Translations under genes and position numbers: made by a program
Source: Azolla caroliniana
Taxonomy: Eukaryota; Plantae; Polypodiophyta
Reading direction: 5' to 3'
Length of the DNA: 64,000 bases
Assembly (NCBI GenBank): GCA_043228905.1
Contig: JBHGNT010000007.1
Location: forward strand, 6,138,001-6,202,000
In this document: positions 1 to 13,889 of the stretch, piece after piece
Layout: every line of letters begins with the position of its first letter
Numbering within the stretch: position 1 is the first letter of the stretch
Notes under the pieces: generated by a model
Told to the model about the DNA's origin: nothing
The model's database searches: none
The model's input: the letters and a program-made list of their open reading frames with translations, nothing else

Positions 1-2278
1 TCGGGGGCGGGTACCAGGATGCGGACTCATCAAACACAACGTCGCGGCTGACACGCGCTTGTTTGGTGCGAGGGTTATAGCACTTATAACCCTTCTGCTC
101 GTCCGAGTAACCGACCTAGATGCATTTCTCGGCCTTTGCGTCCAGCTTCCTCCTTTTCTCCTTCGGTACATGCACATACGCAATGCTACCGAACACCCTC
201 AAGTGTCGCAAGTTCGGCTTCGTTCCGAAATATAGCTCGTGCGCCGACACTTTGTCTCCGATCCGGTTTTAGATGTATACCGCGATCCTTACCGCCTCGG
301 CCCAGTAGAACTTGGGCAAAGCTCTTCTCCTCCGGCATTGCCCATGCCGCTTCCACAACTGACCGATTCTTTCTCTCGGCCACGCCGTTCTGCTTCGGCG
401 TGTATCTACAACTGAATTCGCGGCGAATTCCCATTTGTTGTAGGTAACCGTTGAATTGACCGGAAAAGTACTCTTTCCCGCCATCCGACCGCAGGCACTT
501 GATCTTTCGTCCCGTTTCGGTTTCCACGAACCCTTTGAGGTCCCGGAAACAGTCGAAGACTTCGCTCTTCCTCTCAATGAGGTAGATCCACGTGTGCCGC
601 GTGTGGTCGTCGATGAAGGAGACGAAATATAGGCTCCCGCCAAGACTAACGTTTTGTGCCGGCCCCCACACATCGGAGTGTATAAGGTCGAGTTTGTTCC
701 GGCTCCGGTTTCGCTCGTTGGGGAAGGGAAGTCGGTGTTGCTTCCCGAGCTGGCAGGCCTCACAAATTTGTGCCTTTCGGCCACTAAATTTGGGCAATCC
801 GAATACTACCTGTTTCGATTGCAGATCTTGAAGCCGTTGGTGGTTGACGTGGCCTATCCGCTTGTGCCACAAGTCGATGTCCGACTCGGTCTTTTGTCCC
901 TTTGCGAACATTGCGGTGCCGCCGTTAGTGGAGTCGAGGATGAACATCCTCCCGTCTTTGCGCCCTTGCGCAATCACACGGCCTTCTTCCTCAATGAAGC
1001 ACCCGAGGTGTGTAAACCGAACCTCCATCCCTTGGTCGACGATCTGTCCGACCGAGACCAAGTATTTCATGATTGTCGGAACGTGCAGCACGTTCATGAG
1101 TTTCCCTTTCTGCCCGACATGGCCCAGGGGAACTTCTCCGACATTCGCGATCGGATGCGGAGTGTCGTCTCCTATTGCGACTACTCCAGGTTGTATCGGT
1201 TTTTCAAGGTACGAGAACCACTCCTTATGGCTCGTCATGTGGTTTGACGCGCCGGAGTCTACGTACCACACCTCGTCCGATCTCAGGGTGCTCTTTTTCA
1301 TTGAGTTTGCTTCGTGTCTCGTCACGAAGACAGACCCTTCTCCGACTCTCCTAGAGTCTTGGGTGTAGTGTGATCGCTGCCGATTTCCCTTGTCGGTATG
1401 TCTGGAGCCGTTCTCGGAACCAGTTCTCTCCGAATCGGCGCGCTTCTTCCAACACTCACTTTCCTTGTGGCCTTTCTTGCCACAGTACCAGCACTCCGTG
1501 ACGGACTTCCCTTGCTGGTTCTCATCGCTTCGACTCCCCCTATTTCCGGAGGGTCCGGAGTTGCTGTCGGCATCACTTCGGTGCCTTCTTTCTTGATCTC
1601 GTCGGCTGCCTCCATTGCGTGCCGACTCGCCTCGTCCTCCACGTCCACGGGGCCTATCTCCCTCCGTGTACAACATTCTGTTGTCGGTGTGCGTGCTTGT
1701 AGACGCACCCGCGTGATTCTCCTCTACCAAGAGCATCGACTGTAAGTCGAAAAAGGACGGCGTATTCTCCCGGGTACACACAGTGTTCGGAACGCTCCAA
1801 ACTTCGACGCCAAACCTCCAAGACAGATCTGGACCATCTCGCTCTCCTCGATGTTCACCTCTATGGAGGCGAGGGAGTCGCAGATATCCTTGATCTTCGA
1901 GGTATAGTCCGCCACCGACAAGTCGCGTTGTCGTAGGTTGCTCAACTCCTGTCGGAGCTGAAGCTTCCTGGTTGTGGTGCTCGCGGCGAAAATCTTCTTC
2001 AGATTTTCCCACGCACCCTTCGGTGTCTTTGCATCCCGAACATAGCTCAATAGTTGTTCGCCCACACACGACGTGAAGCAGTACAATACCTTGCTCGCCG
2101 ATTGCTCCCACGACGGGAAGTCTCTGTGTGTCGATTCGGGTGCCGCGTCATTAGCTCCTTCGACATAACTCCAGTAGCCGTGCCCGAGCAGGTACTGGTG
2201 CATCTTGTAGGACCAAGACGCATAGTTGGTTCTATCGAGCTTCTCTGTTGGAGGCAAGCTTGCCATGCCTCTATCCAT
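1..2278 (-). pseudogene. Copia-1 gag-pol (frameshifted)
   Basis: Gag in ORF 1724-2278 shifts frame near 1780 into ORF 186-2111 (zinc knuckle, PR, INT); another frameshift near 320. Confidence 0.9.
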
Positions 2279-2338
2279 CGTTCTTCTTGTTCTTGTTCTT
2301 CAAGCTGTGTCGGCTACAGAGAGGTTCTCAACCCTCGC

Positions 2339-2350
2339 GCTCTGATACCA
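2339..2350 (-). promoter_or_regulatory. Primer-binding site, tRNA-iMet
   Basis: TGGTATCAGAGC on the minus strand directly after the LTR. Confidence 0.93.
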
Positions 2351-2723
2351 TGTAGAAACTAGCGTGCGGAAGCAAGTATGAAGACAGAACAAAGGAAACT
2401 CAGGTTCAATGGAGAGCTTGGGCTTACACAGTATACTTGGGAGAGACAGAGAGAGTAGACACAAAAAACTATATTCAACAATAATACTCAATCTATACAT
2501 AAGACGTGCTCAGTGAGCACTTTTATACAAGTCCTAGAAGGACTGACCGAAGTACTGACAGTACTTCAATGCTCATCAAGAGCTCCTACACTAACTCCCA
2601 AATATATTCCTCACGGAATATCTTTCCTAACGGCCTCCTGGTTTATGCACTCGGCCTAACCGATTGGTCCCAACCGATCCGGTCCTCGGCTTCTTCAGCC
2701 GAACCGGCCGATGTTGAGCTACA
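2351..2723 (-). repeat. Copia-1 5' LTR (373 bp)
   Basis: TGTAG...CTACA inverted ends, adjacent to the PBS. Confidence 0.85.
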
Positions 2724-2932
2724 ACAAAGTCACTTAATATGATATGTTAGTACAATGGTAAGGTTTGGGGTTTGTTTATATGGAGGTATAGGGTTCAAAT
2801 CTGGCCTTATCCATGTGACATATATTTTCTTTTATTTCTTTATGCATACTTAATCGAATATTTCTTACATATTTCACGTAGTGTGCGAATTACACTACGA
2901 CACTGGTTCAAGAAACAAAGAATAAATCATGA

Positions 2933-4719
2933 TGACTACGGAGAAGCTCGACAAGACAAACTTCGCATCTTGGGAGTACAAGATGCATCATTACCTTGTT
3001 GGACAAGGATACTGGAGCTATATAGAAGGAGCTCACGAAACGTAGCCGGACCTAACACACGTCGACTATCCCGTTTAGGAGTAGGCTGCAAGCTGTGTGT
3101 TGTATTGCCTTACATCATGTGTACATGATCACATGCTCAGCTATATTCAAGAGGCAAAAACACTGAAAGAAGCTTGAGGCAATCTGAAGAAGATCTTAGC
3201 GGCCAATACGACTGCCCATAAGCTTCAACTTTATCAGGAGCTGAACAATATTCATCAAAGGGACATGTCAATCGTCATTTATACCTTGAAGATCAAGGAG
3301 CTATGTTACGCCCTCGGATCGATCAATGTCATCATCAATGTTGACGAGATGGTGCAAATATGCCTCGACGGCTTAGCACCCCGATTTGGCTCGATTAGAT
3401 CGGCCATCCTTGTAAGGGAGAACCCTCCATTTTTTTATCTCCAATCCATATTGCTGGTTGAAAAAAATCACGCCCGATAAAGGAGCAACGCAACAGAGGT
3501 TCATAGGTTCTACTCCAAGTCGGATGATAGAAGAAATTTTGGCTGTGGAAATAGAGGTCGATTCGGAAAAGGACGTCACAGTCGATAGACCCAAGAGTGT
3601 AACTCCCACCAATGGCAAGCGGATAGGAACAATCCCAGAGAGTTTGGCAGAAGGGGGAGTCATCATGCCGGACCAAGCAATCATAATAACCCAATCGAAT
3701 GTGGATACTACGGAAAACTCAGTCACTACGAAGAGGAGTGCCAAAAGAAGAAGCAAGAGTTGGCTTCAACCAGTCGACAACTCACGAACTACGCATCGAA
3801 TTCCGACTACGGCGATCGTAGCGGCATGTTCATGATGAGGCACAAAGCACATTCAATGTCGACAAAAGGTGAAACAAGAATGTATGGTTTGTGGACTTGG
3901 GAGCATCCAACCACATGACGTCTCATGAAGATTGGTTTTGGGAATTACGAAAACCCGAACGTCTCGGATATGTCAAAACAGGCAATGACACAACTCATCC
4001 AATACAACATATCGGGAACGTCCCATTTGGAAACAATGGCAAACAAACCTACCTCAAGAACGTAGTACATGTTCGTACCATCACGAAAAAGTTGGTCTCG
4101 GTCGGCCAGATTGTCGAACAAGGAATGCAAGTACAATTCAACAATGATGGGTGCTTTATTGAAAGAGGCAATCGAGTCGTAGCTCATAGCCATCGTGATG
4201 GCCATATGTTTATCATCGAATCAAACGAGGTAAAATCGGCCATGTTTGCAAAGGGCCTCAAAGTCGAAACCGACCTAAACTTGTGGCACAAGAGAATTGG
4301 CCAAAAGAGAACTTTACCGTGAAGGAGATTACCGGCGTATGTGAAGCGTGCCAGTTCGGAAAGCACCACCGATATCCATTCACGAAATTGCGGAATATGA
4401 GAAAAGGGATCCTAGATGTCGTACATTCAAATGTGTGGGGACTAGCCCATACGACAACATTCGGAGGTTGCCGATATTATGTTACCTTCATCGACAACTT
4501 CTCCAGGCATAATTGGATCTACCCGATGAAACAGAAGAGTGAAGTGTTTGGTCACTTCCAAAGGTTCAAAAACGAAGTCGAAAAAGCCACGGGTCGTCAC
4601 GCATGATGCCTTCGATCGGATGGAGGCAAGGAATATTTTTCGGATGAGTTTACGATGTATCTCCGAAAGGAAGGAATCCGACAAGAATTCTCATGTCATC
4701 ACACACCTCAACAAAATGG
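2933..4719 (+). pseudogene. Degenerate Copia gag-PR-INT (Copia-2), relative of Copia-1
   Basis: EKLDKTNFASWEYKMHHYL gag start, DLGASNHMTSH protease and INT remnants; many stops and frameshifts; cut at HTPQQNG by the Gypsy-H LTR. Confidence 0.88.
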
Positions 4720-5232
4720 TGCAGGACTAGCCCTAACACAAGGTGTCCCTCTAAGACACTTTACCAAAGGGTGGTACAAGTGGGGTAGGCGTAGACCGTG
4801 ATACAAACATATTCCTAACCGACTACTAACCGGTGTGGTTAAGGATCATAATACACGAGTAAGATAGATTCTATTAAGCACAGAACGGTAATTAACTAAA
4901 GCTTCAAAGATTAAACAAAATGTAGAACAACAACACTTTCATTAATAAACCACTATCTGATTACAATCTAACCGGGTCCTTTTATAGGTCACCGGCTCTG
5001 GGTTATGAACCAGTGCCAACCGGCAATCGGCCACGAACCGGTCCGGATCCGGATCAGCATACCACTTCCGGGTCCATCCGTTCGCTTCTCAAAATATAAT
5101 AATTATAGATAACAACTCATGGTTCTAAAATACTTATCCCTTTCCCATTCTGGACTTTATCCGGCTTTTAAATCTTTGTCGGTCAACACATGGCACACCC
5201 GTGGGACAGTACCTTGTACGTTGAATCCCACA
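4720..5232 (-). repeat. Gypsy-H 3' LTR
   Basis: TGTGGGA...TCCTGCA ends on the minus strand, preceded by the purine-rich tract GGAGGAAGATTGAAGGG. Partner LTR not visible. Confidence 0.65.
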
Positions 5233-5281
5233 GTGCGCCCTTCAATCTTCCTCCAAAATGTACAGAATCCCATGGCATGAA

Positions 5282-7230
5282 CTATGTCTGATAGGTAGTC
5301 TGAACTTTGTTCAGAGCCATTGTAGCGCGTTCCTTTTCCTCATAGTGTTGTCGGGTCAGCTCCATCCGTTCTTTTGTCGCTTCTAGCAGTCTTTCCGCTG
5401 CTTCAGCCCCCTTCGATTGTTCCTCCACCAGGGCCGTCGCTATCCGGTTAACCTCATTCCGAAGTTCCCGTAACTTTTCCTGTTGCCGGTCACTTTCGGT
5501 GATCAATTTCTCGTGTTCCACATCCAAGTGTTTGTGATCCTGGTGCAGCCGATCAAAGTCGTCCGTTTTTTGTTTCAGCCTTTGATTGATCAGACGGCGA
5601 GCATGGTCGGAGCTCTTCCTTGAGTCACTCGATCTCTACTTCCGCCAAGCGCTGGAGTTTGTCCTTTTCCTGCAGGAGTTTTTCTTTTTCTTCCTTCAGT
5701 CGGTCATATGCTTGATGACCTTTTTGTCGGCTTTCGTCGGCTCTCAGGATGCTTTCGACTAATTTCTTTTGTTCTTCCTCTGCCGCCTTCTTCCATTCAT
5801 GTTCTCTAGCCCTTAAGGCCTCTTGGGCTTCCAATTCTTCTTTAAGCGTGGCGAGTTCTTGTTCCTATGCCTTATTCGTATCCGGGACTGTTTCAGTCAC
5901 CGGGATCTTATTATTCTGAACACTCACTGGTGCCACCGGTTCTAATTGTTTTGGTCCTTCGATGACCAACTTAGCCGCCTCTTCTCTAATCTTTTCCATT
6001 TCTTGTTCCATGCTCCGGCTTCTCGACCGAGCCTTCTCTAGTTCTTCGGTTGTGGCAAGCAACTGGTCCACGTGTGCTCTTTCTTCTGCTTCTATGTGGC
6101 ACACCACCCCTGCTACTTGTTCTCCTATCCACTGTAGCCATTGGCTGCCAATGCTTTGTTGCCGTGCCGGTTCTGGTCGTGGTGTGGCTTCCTCACTCGC
6201 TGGGATCGTATTTTGGGTAGTTAGCGGCAGTTCTTGTTCTTGGTGTTGCTGTTGTGTCGGCGACACCGGCAATTCAATCACCGGTTTTTGAACATCCGAC
6301 CGGTTCTGACTCCTTCCTGGGTTGTGGCTTCTCTAAAGTAGGGCTTTGGTATACTGTCCTTTAACGGACTTGATTCCTCCCCTTTGTGGCCCTCGTCGCG
6401 TGTCTATTTGCGACGTAATAGGGGCTTGGCAGGTTCTTCTTCTTGCTCCTCATCTAGGGTTCCACTATTGATTAACGCCGCCAAGGGGTCTTGCTCCTAT
6501 TGTTGTTCCGGCCGGTGCAACTTAATTTTTAAGGGTCTCACCGGTGTCTCCTTCGCTGTCGTACGCTTCCGACTAGGCTACTCCTTCGCCTTCTGTACGG
6601 AGCCAGCCGCTTTCCATCCGATCACTTGTTTAGCCAGGAGTTGCTGCCTTTTTGAAGATTGGTTGGGGGTTGACTCAGTCGGTCTCCCCTACTTCTTCGG
6701 TTGTATCGGCTCTACCAGTGGCGTTAAAAGAGTGACCATTGCGCCACCGCCGTCCACATCTTCTTGCCATCGTTTACTAAGTCTATGGCTGCGCTCAGAC
6801 TGTTAGCGATGATCACCGGCCAATCCACCTGTACTCCCTCATAAGTCGCTATAATAAAACCGGCTCTGTTCTTTGGCATAGCCGGGGGTCGAGGGTGTAC
6901 ATGCCCATACTCATGAAGCACACGAGCGACTTCTCAGAATAGAGCGTCCTCACTGCCTTGTGTGCGGTATGCCTTGCTGGCTAGGGACTACTCACTGAAG
7001 AACTTCGTGAGCATCTCCGGTGAAGGGTTGTCGATCGAGAATATTCTGCCCTCTGGTAAGCCGGTCATGGCGCGGATGGCCTCTTCTATGATGACCTCCG
7101 TATCGATCTCCTGGACGACTTTCTCCACTTCGTTGTGCGGAGGTGCCTCGACGATTCTTAGGAACCCTTCCAACCCGTGTTGGTTGAACCATTTCTTGGC
7201 TGCTTCCGAGAGTGCCATGTGATCCATATC
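5282..7230 (-). pseudogene. Gypsy-H extra 3' ORF (globular N-terminal part, long coiled-coil C-terminal part)
   Basis: Same-sense ORF fragments between INT and PPT: KKWFNQHGLEGFL, MTGLPEG, VDWPVIIANSL, then E/K/Q-rich heptads. Confidence 0.7.
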
Positions 7231-7599
7231 GTCGTCTGAGTCGGTGGGACTTGGTAGAATTGGTACATCTGTGCGTTCTTCTTGCGTTCGTTTGATCACT
7301 CTTAGTCGCCTATGTGCGCTTAGTGCTCTGTTCTCGCGAAATGAGAGGGACTCTGCGAGGCGTAGGTTTTGTCTCTCCATGTGTGCACTTAGTGCTCTGT
7401 TCTCGGTAACTCCTACACATGCATGTTGTGTACTATAATAGCAGTCGGTTGACACGTGGTGTGCTTTTAAATAGGCTTTAATTAGCCACCAATCGCACCT
7501 TTTCAAAGTGCCCGTTCGCTCCTCGCCTATGCATGATGAAATTTTTTTATTTTATTTTTTTCAGAATTAGTCCCAGTTGTCTGGTAACACCGGCTCCTC

Positions 7600-9031
7600 T
7601 TGGTTGTTGGCTAATTGCTTCCCGCTTCTGGTTACCACGTTGGTCTCCACCTGATGGAACGGTTTTGGTGGCATGGGCCCGTAATAGGGTTTAAGTCGGA
7701 ACCCATTTACCCATTTGTCCAGTACTTTGCCAGCAAGCGTGCCTAACTAGTAAGAACCATTGAATTCTCGCGTAATCCAATATGGTCCGGTCCACTAGAA
7801 CCGTAGCTTGCCCGGCATCTTACCCATCCGGGTCTGAAACACGAGCACCGGCTTGCCGATTCTGAACAACTTCTCATTGCCCTTCTGGTGCCCATCGATG
7901 AATGCTTTCCTTGGTCGGTGTTCCAGTTCTAACTGCATGATACTCGTTATCCGATGCTCTTCCAACTCACATAGTGCCGCCAATCGGATTTTCTGTGATT
8001 CCTTTTCAATCAGTGACTCCTGGACTGTATCCGTAAGCTCGGTACTTGAAATTCAATCGGCATCACTGCTTCTAGTCCGAATGCTAACCGGAATGGTGTC
8101 ATCTTGATGCTCGTTTTATATGTCGTCCGGTAAGCCCATAATGCATTGTGCAACTTTGTGTGCCAATCGGTCCGGTTCTCGTTGACGATCTTCCGGAGGA
8201 TGTTCTATAGTGTCTTGTTGGTGGACTCGGCAAGTCCATTGGCCTGCGGGTAGTACGGAGTGTTGCACTTGTGTACTACCACGTAGAACGTTGTTAGGCT
8301 CTCCACTACTTGACCGAGGGAGTGTCCACCCTGGTTGCTAATTAATTCAATGGGACATCCGTAATGGCACCAGATGTACTCATAAAGGAACTTCGTCGTT
8401 GATGCCGCGGTATTGTCTCGCAAAGCCTTGGTCTCTACCCACTTGGTGCAATAATCCGTAGTGACAATGACATATTTGTTGCTGGTTCCCATGGTTGGCG
8501 GCTTGAATGGTCCGACGAAGTCCAGTCCCCATTTTTGAAATGGTTCCAAGGGTAGTACCGGATGGTGAGGCATCCACGCCTGTTCTGTTGGTTGGCCCAT
8601 TCATTGACACAAATCACATTCCTTTGTATATCGGACCGAATCTTTCAGTGTCGTTGGCCACCATAGCCCATTGCGCCATATTTTTCTTGTTGTAGCTTCA
8701 GCGACATAGTGTCCTCTAGCAACTCCGCAATGTGCTTCCCGTAATATGGTATCCTTTTCATCGCTCCGCACTGCTCTCTGCCATATTCCATCAGCTCGCT
8801 TGTGGTATAGGGTGTCTGATAATAAACAAAAATGCCGGCTTTGGACCGCCAATCGTTTCCGCTCATCTTTGTTCATCTCTTCCGGAGGTAGTCTCATGCT
8901 TAAGAACTAATGCATGTTCGTTAGCCATTCGTCCTCATCTAGAACTGTACTATCCGATGTGGTTTCTACTATAATTTTAAACAGTTTGGCATCCGGAAAT
9001 TCATCTGGTACGCCACCACTGGTCTCGCCGG
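7600..9031 (-). pseudogene. Gypsy-H integrase
   Basis: H2C2 zinc finger (EAHCG..GHY..CDLCQ), FQKWGLDFVGPF, YYPQANGLAE, C-terminal GPY motif. Confidence 0.92.
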
Positions 9032-9455
9032 TGTCGTGAAGATTTCCGGCTATAGTGTGAAACCGGGGTGGAATAGGGCAAGTCGGTGGTGTACAACATG
9101 TGCACATGTAGAAGAAAGGGGAGAATATACCCCACATTGTAACTTCTCTCCCTCCTTGGGCTATAAAAGGAAGGGAGGGGTCTCTTGTAAGGGATTGCCC
9201 ATTTTTGTGTTAGGAGGGTATACCGTTAGATTTAGGGTTGGGCAGTTTCATCTTGGTAGTTTCTTTTTTTTCTCTTCTTCTTCGTCATCGTGGAGGTTGA
9301 GAGTTCATGTCCGCTTAGGATTTGCTTCTATTCGGTCTCCTGTGCAAGACCCTGCTTGGCGTGACGACCCCGAGAGCTCCCTGATTAGCGGCTTGGCAGC
9401 AGGCTACTGTTGTAGCCTAACCTACCTTTATCCGGCTCAAAGCTGGGGTTGTGTT

Positions 9456-9486
<31 letters not shown>

Positions 9487-9487
9487 T
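9456..9487. repeat. (AT)n microsatellite inside the Trp-N LTR
   Basis: Direct read of the sequence. Confidence 0.9.
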
Positions 9488-9711
9488 CATGTCAATTTGT
9501 GCATAATGGTGTCTCTGATGGTGTTGGGTGCATAGCTCCCCCACCCTTTTGTTTCTTGTACATAAGCATCGGTGTTGCGCGCTTGCTCTCTCTGCCTTTC
9601 TCTCTCTCTCGTGTTCGGTTGCTCCTGGTATGTGTCAGGAGTCGGTTTCTTGGCATCCCTTCCTGTTGGGAGATAGGTCCCTCCGGATGGGAAGAGAGAA
9701 GAACAGTGCCG

Positions 9712-9995
9712 AAACCGGATGAGGAGTACCCGGCTACAGAGAGCCGGATGGTGCAAACCCGGTGAGAACCGGATGAGGAGTACCCGGCTACGGAGAGCCG
9801 AATGACGCAGACCCGGCGAGAACCGGATGAGGAGTACCCGGCTACGGAGAGCCGGATGGTGCAGGCCCAGTGAGAACCGGATGAGGAGTACCCGGCTACG
9901 GAGAGCCAGATGGTGCAGACCCGGTGAGAACCGGATGAGGAGTACCCAGCTACGGAGAGCCGGATGTTGCAGGCCCGGTGAGAACCGGATGAAGA
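9712..9995 (+). repeat. 54-bp tandem repeat (about 5 copies) in Copia-3 U3; also at ~13938-14218
   Basis: GGATGAGGAGTACCC recurs at 9717, 9771, 9825, 9879 and 9933. Confidence 0.92.
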
Positions 9996-10203
9996 GACAT
10001 ATTCGTAAATATGTTTTTGGGAGTCCATCGAGGCTATATTTATAAATAGCCGAAAAGTCATATTAGTATAAATATGACTTAGGGCAAACTTTTAGTTATT
10101 GTTGTTGTTGTCATTCCTGTTTTGCACGAGATTAGAGCGCGTAACAGTGTACAGAGAGAGAGAGAGAAAGAGGTCACTGCCTCTGTTGTAACCGCCGCCT
10201 GTT

Positions 10204-13200
10204 GTAATGAGGAGCACATGAATGCCTTCTAGGGGCTGGTCCACCAGGCAACTTCATTGGAAGTACCTCTCGCCGATGAGGTACTAGCGCTACTCCTGCT
10301 TGGTTCCCTCCCGGATAGCTAGGAGACGTTGGTTGTCACTTTGGGCAACGCCGGGCCAGAAGGAAAACGGTTATCCCTAGCAAGAGTAAAGTCGAGCTTG
10401 CTAGATGAGGAGGCACGTCGGAAAGATAAAGATACGAGCTCCGACTCCAAAGCGCTCCTTACCGAATCGGAACGTGGAAGACATAGAAATCGTAGTCCCC
10501 AGAACCGGGAGAAGTCGGAGACACGGTCAAAGTTAAGGAGGAGGCCCACTTGCTTCTATTGCGGCAAGCCGGGACACTTCCAAAAGAATTGTCGGCATTT
10601 CCGAAAAGATAAGGAGACCGATGGTACCGATTCGAAGCGGACCCCAGACCGGAACGGTAAAGACCGGAGGGGGCCGGACCGGAAGGGAACGACGGCAATC
10701 GCTGCAAGTGAAGAGGAGTTGATGCTCATCACCGAGGAGAGTGAGATAAACCTTGCCAGCGACGAGATTACCTGGGTGGTAGACTCCGGAGCATCGTTCC
10801 ACCTTACCCCGGACCGGAAATGCTTCTCATCCTACTCATCCGGTGATCACGACTGTGTTCGGATGGGGAATGAAGGTACATGCCGAATTGTCGGCATAGG
10901 AGACGTGTGGCTGTCAACACCAACCGGATGCAAGTTGCTACTGAAGGATGTCCGACACGTTCTGGAGGTTCGTCTGAACCTGATATCAGCCAGTCGGCTA
11001 GATGATGAAGGCTACACGGGCAGCATCCGGAACGGTGTCATGAAGTTCAGCAAAGGGAGCCTGATTGTGGCTAGGGTCCGGAAGGTCAACACACTGTACC
11101 TGATGAATGCCCGGTTATGTCCGGAAGAAGTGAACCTGGCATAGGACACTGCTGGTGAGCTATGGCACAAGAGACTGTGTCATATGAGCGAGAAAGGGAT
11201 GAAGAGGCTTGCAGACGACAACCTCATTCCAGTGAAGAACGTGCACTTGGAGAAGTGCACTGATTGTCTGGCCGGTAAGCAAAACCGGACCTCCTTCCGA
11301 CCAAGGCCACCGATGAGACGTAATGCACCACTGGAGTTGGTGCATACGGATGCGTGTCAAGTAGACACAAAGTCACATGCCGGAGCGCAGTACTTCGTGA
11401 CGTTCATAGATGACCACAGCCGGAAGTTGTGGGCCACACCGCTGAAGGCGAAGGATCAGGTGCTATCCGTCTTCAAGGAGATCCACACGAGAGTGGAAAG
11501 AGAAATCCGTCGGAAGCTGAAGGCGGTTCGAGTAGATAACGGAGGAGAATATCGGGGGTAGTTCGAGGAGTACTGCTGGTCGAAGGGAATCCAGCTCGAA
11601 TTTACCGTGCCGAAGACACCGGAACTAAAACGGATTGGCTGAGAGGATGAACCGGACCATAATGGAGAGGGTCCAGAGTATGCTAGCGCATGCAAAACTA
11701 CCCAAGAAGTTTTGGGTTGAGGCACTATCGAAGGCGACATATGTGATAAACAGATCACCCTCAGTACCCTTGGACGGAGACATGCCACAAAGAGTATGGA
11801 CCGGTAAGGAAGTGTCCTACCGGCATCTGAAGGTGTTCGGGTGTCTCGCGTACGTGCATGTAGCTAAGGACCGGAGAGGAAAGTTAGATCCAAAGACCCG
11901 ACCATGCATATTCCTCGGTTACGGTGACGATGAGTTTGGCTACCGAGTGTGGGACCTGGTCGACAAGAAGGTATTCCGGAGTCGAGATATTATCTTCATG
12001 GAGGACAAGACACTCGCCGACTGGGAGTCAGAGAAGAAGTTAATGAACTCCGAGTCGACTGGTAAGGATAGATTCTACGATGAGCAAACCCAACCGGCAA
12101 GAGACCGGTTAGCACTCGAGGAACCAGCCGGTTACGGTGAGGATACCAAACCGGCAGAAGAAGTAGAGGAAGCTGAGACCGGAGCCGGCCTAGACCCCGA
12201 ATCGGATTCGGATGAAGAGCAAATGGAGGAGCTGGTTACCGAAGCCCAGAGATGGAGATATCCTCTCAGAGAGAGAAGGGCCCCCCGGAGATTTCTGGAT
12301 GCAGAGCATGTTCTGTTGACCGATGAGGGAGAGCCGGAAAGCTTCGAAGAAGGGAAGGAAGACACCCACAACCGAAAATGGTTAAGTGCCATGCAGGATG
12401 AGATGGATTCCCTGCATGAGAACCATATGTACGAATTGGTGGAGTTCTCGAAAGGAAAGCGGGCACTCCGAAACAAGTGGGTGTACAAGTTGAAACCGGG
12501 AGATGCCGGCAACCCCCCGATATACAAAGCCAGGATTGTGGTGAAGGGGTTCCAGTAGAAGAAGGGCGTGGACTTCGACGAGATATTTGCCCCGGTAGTA
12601 AAGATGACCTCCATCCGGACGGTGCTGAGTATAGCGGCAAGCATGGACCTCGAGGTAGAGCAGCTAGACGTGAAGACGACATTCCTTCACGGTGACCTCG
12701 AAGAAGAGATCTACATGCAGCAACCGGAAGGATTCGTGGAGAAAGGGAAGGAGCACTTGGTTTGCTGGTTGAAGAAGAGCCTCTACGGGTTAAAGCAGGC
12801 CCCCCAGCAATGGTACCGGAAATTCGACTCCTTCATGACCGATCAAGGGTACCACAAGACGCCGGCCGATCACTGCGTGTTTGTGAAGAAGTTTGAAGGA
12901 GGCGACTTCCTGATACTCCTTCTGTACGTGGACGACATGTTTATCGTCGGACGGGACCAAGTCAAAATACGGATGTTGAAGAACGCTCTCAACCAAACCT
13001 TCTCAATGAAAGACTTGGGTCCGGCAAGACAGATGTTGGGGATGCACATCATTCGGGACCGGTCATCGAAGCAATTATGGCTGTCAAAGGAGAAGTATGT
13101 GACAAAGGTGTTTCACCGGTTCAACATGTCAGATGCGAAACCGGTCGGATCGACTTCCGGCAAACTGCAAGCTATCCGGTAAGCAAAGCCTGAATACGAA

Positions 13201-13879
13201 AGCAGAGAAGGCGGATATGATGAAGATTCCATATGCCTCTGCCGTCGGGAGCTTGATGTACGCAATGGTTTATACCCGACCGGAAATAGGATACGCAATC
13301 GGAGTGGTGAGCCGGTTTATGAGCAATCCCGGCCTGGAGCACTGGAACGCTGTCAAATGGATACTCTGGTATTTGAAGGGCAGTTCAAATATGTGTCTCT
13401 GATTCGGCTCCGGAAGACCTCAACTTGACGGTTTCACCGACTCGGACATGTCGGCTGATGTGGATACCAGCCGGTCTACATCCGGGTATGTAATGACATA
13501 TGCAGGGGGAGCTGTTTCGTGGCAGTCAAGGCTACAGAAGACGGTTGCATTGTCAACCACGGAGGCGGAGTACATGGCGGCTGTGGAAGCCGGCAAGGAA
13601 ATATTATGGATGAAGGACTTCATCGGAGAGCTCGGTATTCGGCAAGATGAATACCGACTCTATTGCGACAGTCAAAGTGCCATCCACCTTGCTAAGAATG
13701 CGGCCTACCATTCCCGGACGAAGCATATCTAGGAAAGAGTAGATGACCAGGAGTTCGCACTGTCGAAGATCCACACGGCCGAGAACGGGTCAGATATGTT
13801 GACCAAAGTTCTGATACCTGACAAGCTGGATGCATGCTGGAAGCGGATCGGACTGGTAAGACACCCCATGCCGGAGTGA
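10204..13879 (+). pseudogene. Copia-3 gag-pol
   Basis: CFYCGKPGHFQKNC, WVVDSGASFH, INT, RT (LLLYVDDM), RNase H (TEAEY..YCDSQSAI); several stops and frameshifts. Confidence 0.95.
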
Positions 13880-13889
13880 AGGGGGAGTT

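Larger units (their letters stand above)
1..2723 (-). mobile_element. Ty1/Copia LTR retrotransposon (Copia-1), 5' part; runs off the left edge
   Basis: 5' LTR, Met PBS, gag, CCHC knuckle CWYCGKKGHKESEC, protease WYVDSGASNHMT, GAG-pre-integrase WHKRIGH and integrase core, in Copia order. Confidence 0.95.

Noticed and set aside
2740-2912. 5' LTR and PBS of Copia-2
   Set aside because: CGACA followed by TGGTTCAAGA is suggestive but too decayed, and no partner LTR is present.
9492-10061. Repetitive 189-aa ORF (and 13790-14284)
   Set aside because: Antisense translation of the 54-bp LTR repeat.
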